From: Candidatus Gottesmanbacteria bacterium
Lineage (GTDB): Bacteria; Patescibacteriota; Microgenomatia; 2-02-FULL-39-11
Direction of reading: 5' to 3'
Assembly (NCBI GenBank): GCA_016186795.1
Contig: JACPKY010000002.1
Span: forward strand, 218,593 to 282,592
Length of the DNA: 64,000 nt
Shown piece after piece: positions 20,935-30,509 of the stretch. A model generated the notes under the pieces. The model saw nothing but the letters and a program-made list of their open reading frames with translations. It was not told the origin of the DNA and searched no databases. The position numbers and the translations under genes are program-made. Within the stretch, counting starts at the first letter, position 1; each line of letters begins with the position of its first letter.

Positions 20935-21310
20935 GAGAGGTATTCGTTTTCTCTTTTAGTTTATCAGCCTGTCGACCAACCATTCCTCGAAGATAATATA
21001 GCTTGGCTCGTTTCACTTTCCCAAGTTTTTTTACGCTAATTTTTTTAATCCACGGGGATATGAGAGGAAAAATTCTTTCGATACCGATATTTTGTGAACC
21101 AATTCTTCGAACGGTAAACATGGCATTTTGACCCTCCCCACGTATTGCAATAACTATTCCCTCAAACACTTGAATCCGTTCCCGCTCTTCTTCTTTTACC
21201 TCTCGTTTTGCTTTTCCGGCAACTTTTTCCTTTTCAATGAGGCGGTAGTGAACCGAAACAGTATCTCCCACATGGAACGTCGTTTTACCATGAATTGCAG
21301 CATTTGCCAT
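20918..21310 (-). CDS. rplS: 50S ribosomal protein L19
   Basis: [40 protein letters not shown]. Confidence 0.96.
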   Translation of the reverse strand: MANAAIHGKTTFHVGDTVSVHYRLIEKEKVAGKAKREVKEEERERIQVFEGIVIAIRGEGQNAMFTVRRIGSQNIGIERIFPLISPWIKKISVKKLGKVKRAKLYYLRGMVGRQADKLKEKTNTSHGGSA

Positions 21311-21341
21311 AGGGGGATATTGTATCAAAAGGGGTAAGTTC

Positions 21342-21923
21342 TTACAATAGCTTTAGCACATTCCACCAATTCTCAATATACTCTGGTCGGCGATTTTGGT
21401 ATTTCAGATAATAGGCATGTTCCCAAACATCAAGACCAACAATGGGGGTATGACCCGTAAGATATGGAGAATCTTGGTTTGGAAGAGAGTAAAGAAACAA
21501 TTTTCCGGAAGAATCTCGTGCTAACCATGCCCATCCACTCCCAAAATGTTTCGTCGCTGTTTCGGTAAATAGCTTTTTGAACTCTTGGATCGAGCCAAAT
21601 GTCTTTTCGACATCTGATTTGAGGACTTTATCCTCCTCTTTTTTGGGTGCCAAAATTGTCCAAAAAAGGGAGTGGTTGAGGTGTCCTCCCGCGTTATTTC
21701 GAAACATTGTTTTATCTTTCCCTTCAAATGGAGTTGAGTCGATATTTTTGAGAAGCTCTTCTAGCTTTTTATCTGCAACCTGAGGATATTTTTCCAAAAC
21801 AGTGTTGAGGTTATTAATATACGTCTGGTGATGCTTGGTGTGATGAATCTCCATGGTTCGTGCATCAATATAGGGTTCAAGAGCATTATATTGGTACGGT
21901 AGTTTGGGGAGATTGTATTTCAT
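21342..21923 (-). CDS. sodA: Fe/Mn superoxide dismutase
   Basis: [23 protein letters not shown]. The GG...NQD pattern suggests Mn or cambialistic type. Confidence 0.93.
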   Translation of the reverse strand: MKYNLPKLPYQYNALEPYIDARTMEIHHTKHHQTYINNLNTVLEKYPQVADKKLEELLKNIDSTPFEGKDKTMFRNNAGGHLNHSLFWTILAPKKEEDKVLKSDVEKTFGSIQEFKKLFTETATKHFGSGWAWLARDSSGKLFLYSLPNQDSPYLTGHTPIVGLDVWEHAYYLKYQNRRPEYIENWWNVLKLL

Positions 21924-22000
21924 AATATTTATTGTATATTACTTTGGTAAAATTTATATGTCAATAGTGTAAGAAAATTGTAAGACTAACAAAGGGTTTG

Positions 22001-22029
22001 TTGAAGACCTGTAGATATGTCTGTATAAT
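22001..22029 (+). promoter_or_regulatory. Sigma70 promoter of tRNA-Lys
   Basis: TTGAAG-17 nt-TATAAT, 13 nt before the tRNA. Confidence 0.65.
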
Positions 22030-22042
22030 AATCACATCTGCC

Positions 22043-22114
22043 GGGCCCGTAGCTCAATGGTAGAGCAGCAGCCTTTTAAGCTGTTGGTTGAGCGTTCGAG
22101 TCGCTCCGGGCTCA
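22043..22114 (+). tRNA. tRNA-Lys(TTT)
   Basis: GGGCCCG/CGGGCTC acceptor stem, GCAGC-CTTTTAA-GCTGT anticodon arm, GAGCG-TTCGAGT-CGCTC T arm. Confidence 0.95.
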
Positions 22115-22134
22115 CATTCCAAGCGAATAACTTT

Positions 22135-22749
22135 ATGGTGATCGATACAAGCGAATCATGGAACCCCGTTCAGATGTTGGAATTTGCCGATGCACAAGTT
22201 CAGGAATCAATAAGAAACGCGGAACTGTTGGAATCGGAACATCACCCTTCAGAACCATATACATATCCTGAAGAAGATTTCCAGAGACAATTATCTCTAC
22301 AGAGTAGATTAAGAAGACTTTGGCTTCCTATCAAGGCTCCATCTGATTTCGCCAATTTATTTGAAATCGCAAAAGCAACGCGAGTTTCCGAAAATGAGAT
22401 TCTTGATCTAAATCAACTTCCTATTGGAACAAAAATATTTTTGCGTATCGCCGGTCATAGAACTTCCGGTTACTGTATCCAACTTGTGGAAACTCAAAAT
22501 CCTAAAGTTCCAAGACTTATCCGCCTGAGTAATCTCGGTAAAGGGTATTATTATATTGCCCCGACGCAAAGTATTTTTTCTATTGATCCAGTAGATAACA
22601 TTGCCTATCCTAACCATTTAAAAGTAGGCTCAGACGTCTCACTTCCACTTTTTCCCGATTCATTTACTCCTGGGAAAGTGCAAGTCGGATGGGGAGGAAC
22701 AATCCAGACGCTAGTAATTAAACCTCCACTTCAAACACAATCCCCCTAG
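22135..22749 (+). CDS. Hypothetical protein downstream of tRNA-Lys
   Basis: Open frame. Start moved to ATG 22135 because the longer ORF overlaps the tRNA. Confidence 0.6.
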   Translation: MVIDTSESWNPVQMLEFADAQVQESIRNAELLESEHHPSEPYTYPEEDFQRQLSLQSRLRRLWLPIKAPSDFANLFEIAKATRVSENEILDLNQLPIGTKIFLRIAGHRTSGYCIQLVETQNPKVPRLIRLSNLGKGYYYIAPTQSIFSIDPVDNIAYPNHLKVGSDVSLPLFPDSFTPGKVQVGWGGTIQTLVIKPPLQTQSP

Positions 22750-22785
22750 CAGATCATATTCCATCTTTGTATACTACTTCTTAAT

Positions 22786-23715
22786 ATGCGCGAATTTGTT
22801 CTTCAGGTTGAGCAACTGGTAAAAGACTATGGACGTTTCCGAGCGGTTGACAAAATCAGCTTTCAACTCGAAAGAGGGAAAGTTGTTGGGCTTCTTGGCC
22901 CAAATGGGGCTGGAAAAACGACAACAATTCAGATGCTTCTCGGGGTAACGCTCGCAAACGGCGGAACTATCCACTACTTTGGACGTGATTTTTTTAAACA
23001 TCGCCAGTACTGCCTATCTCGCTTAAACTACACGTCTGCATTCAATACACTTCTTGGAAAGATTACCGTCTATGAAAACCTACTCGTGTATGCTGGACTA
23101 TACGAAGTGCAAAATCCCAAAAAGAGAATTTATGAGATAGCAAAATATTTTGAAGTAGAAGAACTATTTGGACAACTCTATCAAACACTTTCAACTGGAC
23201 AAAAAACACGTGTCAATCTTATAAAAGCACTTATCAATGACCCCGAAATTCTCTTGATGGATGAACCAACTGCATCGCTTGATCCTGATATAGCAGATAA
23301 AACTCTATCTCTTATTGAACATCTTAAGGAAAAAAGGAATATCTCCATTCTCTATACGAGTCACGATATGAACGAGGTTACCCGGATATGTGATGAGGTG
23401 ATATTTTTAGATCACGGCAAAATTGTGGCATATGATACTCCCGTAAATCTCACAAAAAGAATTGAAACTACGACAGTGCTTTTAAAGTATGAAGGATCCT
23501 CTTCCGAGATTCATAAATATTTCCAGAAGAAAAAACAACCGTTCACATCCCCTTACCCGAGCAGCGTTTGCTTTACAGCGAAAGAGATTGCTATTCCTTC
23601 CCTTCTTTTTGGAATAACCAAAACTGAAATTAGAATCATTGATATTGAAATCCGAAAACCAACTCTCGAAGATGTCTTTTTGCAAATAGCAAGAGGAGGA
23701 TCTCATGTCAATTAA
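22786..23715 (+). CDS. ABC-2 type transporter ATP-binding subunit
   Basis: GPNGAGKTT, LSTGQ, DEPTASLD, LEDVFL. Confidence 0.93.
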   Translation: MREFVLQVEQLVKDYGRFRAVDKISFQLERGKVVGLLGPNGAGKTTTIQMLLGVTLANGGTIHYFGRDFFKHRQYCLSRLNYTSAFNTLLGKITVYENLLVYAGLYEVQNPKKRIYEIAKYFEVEELFGQLYQTLSTGQKTRVNLIKALINDPEILLMDEPTASLDPDIADKTLSLIEHLKEKRNISILYTSHDMNEVTRICDEVIFLDHGKIVAYDTPVNLTKRIETTTVLLKYEGSSSEIHKYFQKKKQPFTSPYPSSVCFTAKEIAIPSLLFGITKTEIRIIDIEIRKPTLEDVFLQIARGGSHVN

Positions 23716-24493
23716 GCGTATACAGGCTCTTTTAGCGCAAGAATACTTTGTGACAATTCATTCGCTGGAGACATTTTTCGATATTTTTGTTTTCTCCTTT
23801 ATTACACTTTTCTTATATGGCTTTTTCTCCCTCTATCTTATAGGGAATGAAAACATGCGTGCCGCACAGTATCTTCTTCTTGGTATGCTCTTTTGGGAAA
23901 TTGTGCGTGTGGGACAATACTCCGTTTCGGTTGCAAGTATGTGGAATATTTGGTTTCGAAACCTTACTCATTTATTTGTAAGTCCTGTTTCAACTTTGGA
24001 ATATTTCACTGCTCATTCCCTGTCAGGAGTTGTCAAAGCGTTTTCCGTTTTCATTATTGATGCTATCATTACGCTTGTTTTTTTCCATTTTTCAGTTTTT
24101 GAGATGGATATCGGTTTCTTATTCCTTGCATTTGTAAACCTTGCCGTTTTTTCAATATCTACAGGTATCGTCATCGTCGGACTTATTTTTCGCTTTGGTA
24201 CTCGAATCCAATCCTTTGCCTGGGGTTTAGTTCCAATTCTTCAACCACTCACGGCAGCCTTTTTTCCAGTGAGCGTTCTTCCGCAACCTCTTCAATATTT
24301 TGCCTATCTTTTCCCTACGACGTATATTTTTGAGGCATCACGTCTTCATCTTGATACTCATCTATACGATTGGCAAGCTCTCTTTGTTGCAGTTATTTTA
24401 AATATTCTCTATTTAATTGGTTCAGTGCTATTTTTTCAATGGTTTTACACTATTTCTCGCAATACTGGCCAATTTGCGAGAAATGAAGCTTAG
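23705..24493 (+). CDS. ABC-2 type transporter permease
   Basis: 6 TM, FFPVSVLP..LQ, overlaps the ATPase gene. Confidence 0.9.
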   Translation: MSIKRIQALLAQEYFVTIHSLETFFDIFVFSFITLFLYGFFSLYLIGNENMRAAQYLLLGMLFWEIVRVGQYSVSVASMWNIWFRNLTHLFVSPVSTLEYFTAHSLSGVVKAFSVFIIDAIITLVFFHFSVFEMDIGFLFLAFVNLAVFSISTGIVIVGLIFRFGTRIQSFAWGLVPILQPLTAAFFPVSVLPQPLQYFAYLFPTTYIFEASRLHLDTHLYDWQALFVAVILNILYLIGSVLFFQWFYTISRNTGQFARNEA

Positions 24494-25926
24494 TCGATAA
24501 GCTTCACATTATGAGACTTACTCTCTCGAAATCCGGCTTCGGTGATCCGGACAAAAAAGGCATTTTTGTGAAGATCAGATATTGTCTTCGCGTTCATATA
24601 GCTCATCCCAGATCGAAGCGCACCAAGAAGCTGGTATAAAACATCTGCAACTTTCCCTTTGTAGGGAACCAGCGCTTCAACGCCTTCGGCAACGACAGTA
24701 TTGAGATTTTGAATATCCAATTCCTTTGCCGCCATCTTCCGATCGGCAACAGCAAGAAATGATGCAGCTCCCCGATGAGCCTTGTATTTCATCCCGTCTC
24801 GCAAAATAATTCCCCCTGGTGATTCATCGGTACCTGCAAACCATCCCGCAAGCATACATGATGATGCCCCAGCGGCAAGTGCTTTCGTTATATCGCCCGG
24901 GAAATTTGTTCCCCCATCCGCAATAATAGGTACTTTATATCGTTTACCAATCCGGCTACACTCATATACAGCAGTAAATTGAGGGACACCAATCCCGGCA
25001 ACAACGCGTGTTGTACAAAGCCCTCCAGGACCAACTCCTACTTTTACCGCATCGACGCCGAGTTGAATAAGATCTCGTGTACCTTCCGGAGTTGCTACGT
25101 TTCCTCCAATAATGTCGATCTCTTTAAACTTTCTTCTCACTTTTCCGACAGCTTTTAGCGCAACTTCATTATGACCATGGGCAACATCAATAACAAGTAC
25201 ATCAACTCCTGCTTCAACCAACGCATGAGCACGTTCCATAAAATCGCCAACGACTCCAATTGCTGCTCCAACTCGAAGCCTCCCGTACGAATCCTTTGTA
25301 GAGTTGGAAAAATTTGTGAAATGCACAAGACTTCGTGAAGTGATAAGACCCTTCAGTCTCTTTTTACTATCAATGAGCGGTAATTTTTCTATGTGATGCT
25401 TCACGAGAAAATCACGAGCTTCGTGAATCTTTACTGTTGGTTTGGCGTAAATGAGACGCGAAAACGGTGTCATTGTGCTTCTTACACTCTCGGTATCTGG
25501 CTTAAAAAGCATATCCCGCCTTGTAATAATTCCAAGAACAGTTTCATTTTCATCAACAATAATAAAACTATCAACGCTATTTATCCGTGCTTGTTCTTTT
25601 GCCTGACCAATTGTGGCAATCGGAGAAAGTGTATATGGTTTGTACACGATAAATCCTTCATGACGCTTCACTCTTTTTACTTCTGCAACCTGTTTTTCAA
25701 CCGTATTAAAACGGTGAATAATCCCTATTCCGCCTGCGTGAGCAAGTCCAATCGCCATAGCACTTTCAGTAACCGTATCCATGTTGGCAGATATGAAAGG
25801 AATACTTAACTTGATATTTCTTGATAGGTACGTCTTTGTATTAACATTTCCACGGTGTGCAATATTCGAGCGACGTGGAACCAGAAGAACATCATCATAG
25901 GTTAGAGAAAGATCAAAATTTTTCAT
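24490..25926 (-). CDS. guaB: IMP dehydrogenase/GMP reductase family protein with CBS pair
   Basis: LTYDDVLLVP, SANMDTV, IDVAHGH, GVGPGGLCTT. The flap is atypical (see findings). Confidence 0.75.
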   Translation of the reverse strand: MKNFDLSLTYDDVLLVPRRSNIAHRGNVNTKTYLSRNIKLSIPFISANMDTVTESAMAIGLAHAGGIGIIHRFNTVEKQVAEVKRVKRHEGFIVYKPYTLSPIATIGQAKEQARINSVDSFIIVDENETVLGIITRRDMLFKPDTESVRSTMTPFSRLIYAKPTVKIHEARDFLVKHHIEKLPLIDSKKRLKGLITSRSLVHFTNFSNSTKDSYGRLRVGAAIGVVGDFMERAHALVEAGVDVLVIDVAHGHNEVALKAVGKVRRKFKEIDIIGGNVATPEGTRDLIQLGVDAVKVGVGPGGLCTTRVVAGIGVPQFTAVYECSRIGKRYKVPIIADGGTNFPGDITKALAAGASSCMLAGWFAGTDESPGGIILRDGMKYKAHRGAASFLAVADRKMAAKELDIQNLNTVVAEGVEALVPYKGKVADVLYQLLGALRSGMSYMNAKTISDLHKNAFFVRITEAGFRESKSHNVKLID

Positions 25927-27188
25927 ACGGAAATCAAGGCACTCCTTTCAGGGCCAACGGAAATAAATCGAATAGGAATCCCCATAAGTGACTCAAAGGT
26001 CTTTATGTATTTTTTACAATTTTCTGGTAAATCGTGAAATCGTCGAATATTCGCTATATCTTGGGTCCAACCGGAAAGTGTACGATAGTGCGGTTGCAAT
26101 TTCGATACATCCGAAAGAAGTGAAGGAAAGTGACTTACTTTTTTTCCATTTAAAAAATGATGAGTAGCAATCTTTAAGGTTTTAAGTCCAGTCAGAACAT
26201 CGAGCTTGGTTACCACAAGATACTCAAAACCGTTTAGCTCGTTTGCTAGTTTCAACATCGGAATATCCAACCATCCACATCTTCTCCTTCTTTTGGAAAC
26301 AGTACCAAACTCGACTCCTTTATCACCTATTTGAATTCCTGTCTCATCAAATAATTCAGTGGGGAAAGGTCCTCCTCCTACCCTGGTAGTATAGGCTTTT
26401 ACGATGCCATAAACCATCAAATTTTGGGGAGGAAAACCGACAAAACTGAATACTGAGCCTGAAATAGTATTAACAGCAGTGGTGTAAGGGTAGGTGCCAA
26501 AGTTGGCATCAAGAAAAGTACCATGAGCTCCTTCAAAAAGGATCTTTTTTTTATTTATATTTTTGGCAACTATTGAGCTGACATCTCCTTTGTATCTAGA
26601 TAATCTACTGGCATATTTTTTATATTCTTGATAAATATCTGGGGCGGTCATTTTCACTTTGTAGCCGAAGACTGCTTCGATTCTTTTCTTCTTTTGTGGG
26701 AATATGGCAAATAATTTTTCTTTAAATAATTTGGGATTTATGAAATCTTCAAATCTGATGCCTTCTCTATTGTTTCTATCTTCATAACAATAGCCAATAC
26801 CTAATTTGAGACTTCCGACTTTTTGGGCTCCTTTTGCTTCTTCTGTTGCTGCATCTAATAGCTGGTGATAAGGCATGACTATATTGACTCTAGGATCGAT
26901 AGTAAGATTGGGAGGATTTCCTCTTTTGGTAAAATGCTCTATCTCAGCAAGTAATATTTTGGGGTTAATTACTACTCCTTGAGCAATCAGCAGTTTCTTT
27001 TTCCAGAGTACACCTGATGGTAGTAGGGATAGAGGAAATTTTTCCCCTTTATAAACCACTGTATGCCCTGCGTTATTACCTCCGTTAAATCGTACAATAT
27101 AATCTGCGCCTTTTGCTAGATAATCGACGATTTTTCCTTTTCCTTCATCTCCCCATTGTGCTCCGATAATAATCTTAGGTAATAGCAT
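25923..27188 (-). CDS. purA: Adenylosuccinate synthetase (divergent)
   Basis: GAQWGDEGKGK, GGNNAGHT, TRVGGGPF, RRCGWLD, TKLDVL, SVGPER. Confidence 0.9.
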   Translation of the reverse strand: MLLPKIIIGAQWGDEGKGKIVDYLAKGADYIVRFNGGNNAGHTVVYKGEKFPLSLLPSGVLWKKKLLIAQGVVINPKILLAEIEHFTKRGNPPNLTIDPRVNIVMPYHQLLDAATEEAKGAQKVGSLKLGIGYCYEDRNNREGIRFEDFINPKLFKEKLFAIFPQKKKRIEAVFGYKVKMTAPDIYQEYKKYASRLSRYKGDVSSIVAKNINKKKILFEGAHGTFLDANFGTYPYTTAVNTISGSVFSFVGFPPQNLMVYGIVKAYTTRVGGGPFPTELFDETGIQIGDKGVEFGTVSKRRRRCGWLDIPMLKLANELNGFEYLVVTKLDVLTGLKTLKIATHHFLNGKKVSHFPSLLSDVSKLQPHYRTLSGWTQDIANIRRFHDLPENCKKYIKTFESLMGIPIRFISVGPERSALISV

Positions 27189-27201
27189 ATAAATTTCTTT
27201 T

Positions 27202-28014
27202 TTATACTTTCTTTTGTAGTAAATTCGTTCCAAAAACAACTTGGTTATAAATTGCAGCATGTGGCGCTGCAATTTTAACTAGTGCCGGATTTTGTGTTCT
27301 CGTAAATTCATCTCTAGCAAATTTTAGAACTGCAAGTGTGGATTGGCGTTCTGTTATCGGAACTCTTTTGGCGGCACGATCGCTTCCTACCCTGCATGTA
27401 AATTCTGGACCATTTTTCATCTCGTCGACATGTCCCCCCTCATGCAAGGCCGCAGCAATAGCAAAATACGGCTGCCCTCTTATCATATCCTCATTAATAA
27501 TGATATTACTCTTTAAGTTTGAGTCTCTTTTAACAACTGCAATTTTTTTCCCTTTAATAGACCCCACCTCAGGAGTCGTACTTGGAATTAGAGTGGCACC
27601 TTTATTTGCTGGAAGTGCATTGTCTATTTCTATTCTATTGCTATCTTTGGTAACTAATTTAGCTCGTCCTGAAGCTCCTGCTTTTGCGGTGAAAATACGT
27701 ATACCTTCTTTTTCTAACACACTATTTAGCTCAGATAGGATATTAAGAGCTTCATCAAATGTTAATTCGTTGCCTTTTTCTTGAAGAGCAGATTCAACTA
27801 CTTTTAGCATTCCTAAATGATCGGTATATTTTTTACAAGCATTTATCCATAAATCTCTTCCATAAATATCTGCTGCAGATTCAGCCATATATGCTAAGGG
27901 AGGAATTTCTCCTTCTCCGTATTGAATCGTTGCTCCTCTTGCAGTTTCTTCTACATCATGTGCAAATTGTTGAATTAATTGCTCTTTATCAATTTCTATT
28001 TTTGCATCTAACAT
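27202..28014 (-). CDS. Orphan protein with HExxH zinc motif
   Basis: 270-aa ORF with 8/13-nt gaps to purB and purA. LHEGGH...ITERQS. Confidence 0.7.
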   Translation of the reverse strand: MLDAKIEIDKEQLIQQFAHDVEETARGATIQYGEGEIPPLAYMAESAADIYGRDLWINACKKYTDHLGMLKVVESALQEKGNELTFDEALNILSELNSVLEKEGIRIFTAKAGASGRAKLVTKDSNRIEIDNALPANKGATLIPSTTPEVGSIKGKKIAVVKRDSNLKSNIIINEDMIRGQPYFAIAAALHEGGHVDEMKNGPEFTCRVGSDRAAKRVPITERQSTLAVLKFARDEFTRTQNPALVKIAAPHAAIYNQVVFGTNLLQKKV

Positions 28015-28022
28015 ATATTTTG

Positions 28023-29402
28023 TTATTCTTGAATTGCTATTTCTGCTAATTCTCGGGCTAATCCAGAATAGTTGGATAAATCTTTTATTTTAAGCTTTTC
28101 TTTATCGCTTTTTTCCAATGGTAAACTATCAATTATTTTATATAACTGCTCTTTTGATAATGTTCTTCCTCTTGTTTTCTCCTTTAATAATTCATATGCA
28201 TTTTTTAAACCTTTCATTCTCAAATATGTCTGTATACCTTCAGAAAATATTTCCCAATGTTTATCTAGATCTTCTTTCATTTTCGATGGATTGGGCTTAA
28301 TACGTTTTAGACCAGATAATAAGCTATCGTAGGCCAGAAGACTAAAACCAAAAGCTAAGCCAAAATCTCTTTTGACCGTGCTATCAGATAGATCTCTTTG
28401 TAATCTAGAGTAAGATAATTTCCTAGAGAAAAATTCAAAAAGAGAGTTAGCTATACCGAGATTTCCCTCGGCATTTTCAAAAGTGATGGGATTGATTTTG
28501 TGAGACATGGTGGATGATCCTACTTCCGCTTCTTTTTTCTTTTGGAGAAAATATTCAAAAGATATATACCACCAAATATCTTGGGAGAAACCCAATAATA
28601 TATTATTTATTCTCCTTAGGGCATCAAATAAATTGATCCATGAATCATATGGCAAAATCTGGGTAGTAATGAGATTGGGAGTAAGTTTTAAAGAAGAAAT
28701 AAATTCGCTGCTGAATTTTAGCCAATCATATTTGGGGTCTATAAAATATAGAGCATTGAAATTACCTACAGCACCTGTTAATTTGGCTTCTATCTGGATC
28801 CTTGCCAGATTTTCTTTTTCTTTTTTGAGTCTCTGATAATAAACCGCTAATTCTTTACCCAGAGTTGTTGGTAGCGCCGGTTGACCATGAGTTCTCCCAA
28901 GCATAACCATTGTTTGAGTTTCGACAATAAGGGTCTTCAGACGTACTAAAACATTTGAAAGAGAGGGAAGATATACATCTTTCCGAAAATCTGAAATCAT
29001 GAGGGCATACGCTGGTATATTAATGTCGTAGGATGTGAGTCCAATGTGAATGAAAGGAATAAGATCGGTAAGCGACCCATTTTTGCATTTTTGTTGGATG
29101 TAATACTCTATTGCTTTCACGTCATGATTGGTCTTTTTCTCAAATTCCTTGACAGTATGTCCATCATTTAAGTCAAACTGCTTCCATAGCTTGTCCAACA
29201 ACTTTTTTTCGCCGTTTGTTAAGGATCGAACAATTCCAATTGAAGAGAGAAATTGAAGATATGAAACTTCGATACGAATTCTATATCGCATGAGAGCGAA
29301 CTCGGAAAAATATTCTGCAACGGACTTCACTTTATCCCAATTTCTGCCATCCAGAAGAGAAATAGCAGTTAGTTGATCTTTTATGTCTTTCACATAAGTC
29401 AT
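28023..29402 (-). CDS. purB: Adenylosuccinate lyase (E. coli-like long type)
   Basis: TNHDVKAIEY, GRTHGQPA, GSSTMSHKINP, SRLQRDLSDS. Confidence 0.95.
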   Translation of the reverse strand: MTYVKDIKDQLTAISLLDGRNWDKVKSVAEYFSEFALMRYRIRIEVSYLQFLSSIGIVRSLTNGEKKLLDKLWKQFDLNDGHTVKEFEKKTNHDVKAIEYYIQQKCKNGSLTDLIPFIHIGLTSYDINIPAYALMISDFRKDVYLPSLSNVLVRLKTLIVETQTMVMLGRTHGQPALPTTLGKELAVYYQRLKKEKENLARIQIEAKLTGAVGNFNALYFIDPKYDWLKFSSEFISSLKLTPNLITTQILPYDSWINLFDALRRINNILLGFSQDIWWYISFEYFLQKKKEAEVGSSTMSHKINPITFENAEGNLGIANSLFEFFSRKLSYSRLQRDLSDSTVKRDFGLAFGFSLLAYDSLLSGLKRIKPNPSKMKEDLDKHWEIFSEGIQTYLRMKGLKNAYELLKEKTRGRTLSKEQLYKIIDSLPLEKSDKEKLKIKDLSNYSGLARELAEIAIQE

Positions 29403-30472
29403 TAAGTAGTGATTAGTTGTAATTGACCAAATTTCTGAGCATTTCTTATCTCTAAGGCAATTCTTTCGCCAAAACTGACTGGTCTATCATACAAGTAATG
29501 ACTATATGGTGTAAATATGGTTCCTGGAGACCCTGGAATACGAAGAGAAATATCAAAAACGACTATTTTCTCTTTGGGAGGTCCGGGGAGAATTGCAGTT
29601 TGTAGGGCAAATGGACCAATAATACCTGGTGGAACAATTTTTTTGGTGGATTTAACTAATTTTTCTGCCAATGCAAAAGCTTCTTCTAATAAGGATTCTT
29701 TGACTGTGACTGCAAAATGGCCGGATTCTATATAAGTTGGATATAAGATGTGTTCAATCTCTATTTGTTGTTTAGCTGGAATTCGTAGTAGTCCATCGAT
29801 ATTGGTTTGTCGTCTACTATCTGTACCCAATAATTCTAATTTATCCCTAAGTGGCGAATAAAAGAAATTGAAGTTGACTTGTGTTCCAATTAAATATTCT
29901 TCTATAACTGCTGTTGATAAATCTTCTCTTTTTATTTTTTTATCTCTTATGAGTTCCCCTGATCGAATAAGATATTCCTGATAATTGCTGGCGAAAAAGA
30001 ATGCCCGTTCATAACCACGTGTGGCTTCACTGACTTTCACCAAAACCAACCTATCTATACTTCTGGGATCTGTAAAACGCTTGGGATAAGTAATACTTGC
30101 ATTGTTCATGAGATCATATTGATTTTTATTTCCTTCTCTCTCTTCGTATCTGAGGAGAAATTTATTTCCGAATATGGGTACTTTGAAATGCTTTTCCAGT
30201 TTTTCTAAATCACAATAAACTTGACAATAACGGTGGGGTATAAATATAGAATTTTTCTCTAATAATTGATTTTTAATCGTTTTATCAGTTAGTTCTTTAA
30301 AGTGATCGACTAATAAAATTTCGTCAACAATATGATCGTAATATTTCTGATAAGTCTTTTCTCTTCCTTTTTGAGCAATAATCAATGTATTGAAATGAAA
30401 CTTTTTAGCTCCTGAGGCGATTTCCAAGGCAGAATGCCCACCCAATGTAGCAATTGTTATTTTGTTATTCAT
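29402..30472 (-). CDS. purP: PurP-like ATP-grasp protein (archaeal cluster II-like paralogue)
   Basis: [47 protein letters not shown]. Confidence 0.85.
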   Translation of the reverse strand: MNNKITIATLGGHSALEIASGAKKFHFNTLIIAQKGREKTYQKYYDHIVDEILLVDHFKELTDKTIKNQLLEKNSIFIPHRYCQVYCDLEKLEKHFKVPIFGNKFLLRYEEREGNKNQYDLMNNASITYPKRFTDPRSIDRLVLVKVSEATRGYERAFFFASNYQEYLIRSGELIRDKKIKREDLSTAVIEEYLIGTQVNFNFFYSPLRDKLELLGTDSRRQTNIDGLLRIPAKQQIEIEHILYPTYIESGHFAVTVKESLLEEAFALAEKLVKSTKKIVPPGIIGPFALQTAILPGPPKEKIVVFDISLRIPGSPGTIFTPYSHYLYDRPVSFGERIALEIRNAQKFGQLQLITT

Positions 30473-30483
30473 ACGTTCTTCCT

Positions 30484-30500
30484 ACCAGGTTGAACCTGGT
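30484..30500. repeat. Perfect 8-1-8 inverted repeat
   Basis: ACCAGGTT-G-AACCTGGT in the spacer between the two purP genes. Confidence 0.8.
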
Positions 30501-30509
30501 TTTGCCCGA

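Noticed and set aside
22057-22134. 5' extension of the 230-aa ORF
   Set aside because: It overlaps a well-formed tRNA-Lys, so the start was moved to 22135.
25923-29402. PurZ/PurB 2-aminoadenine (Z-genome) pathway
   Set aside because: PurA keeps the canonical GDEGKGK Asp rather than the PurZ Ser. No dATPase/MazZ or phage genes are present.
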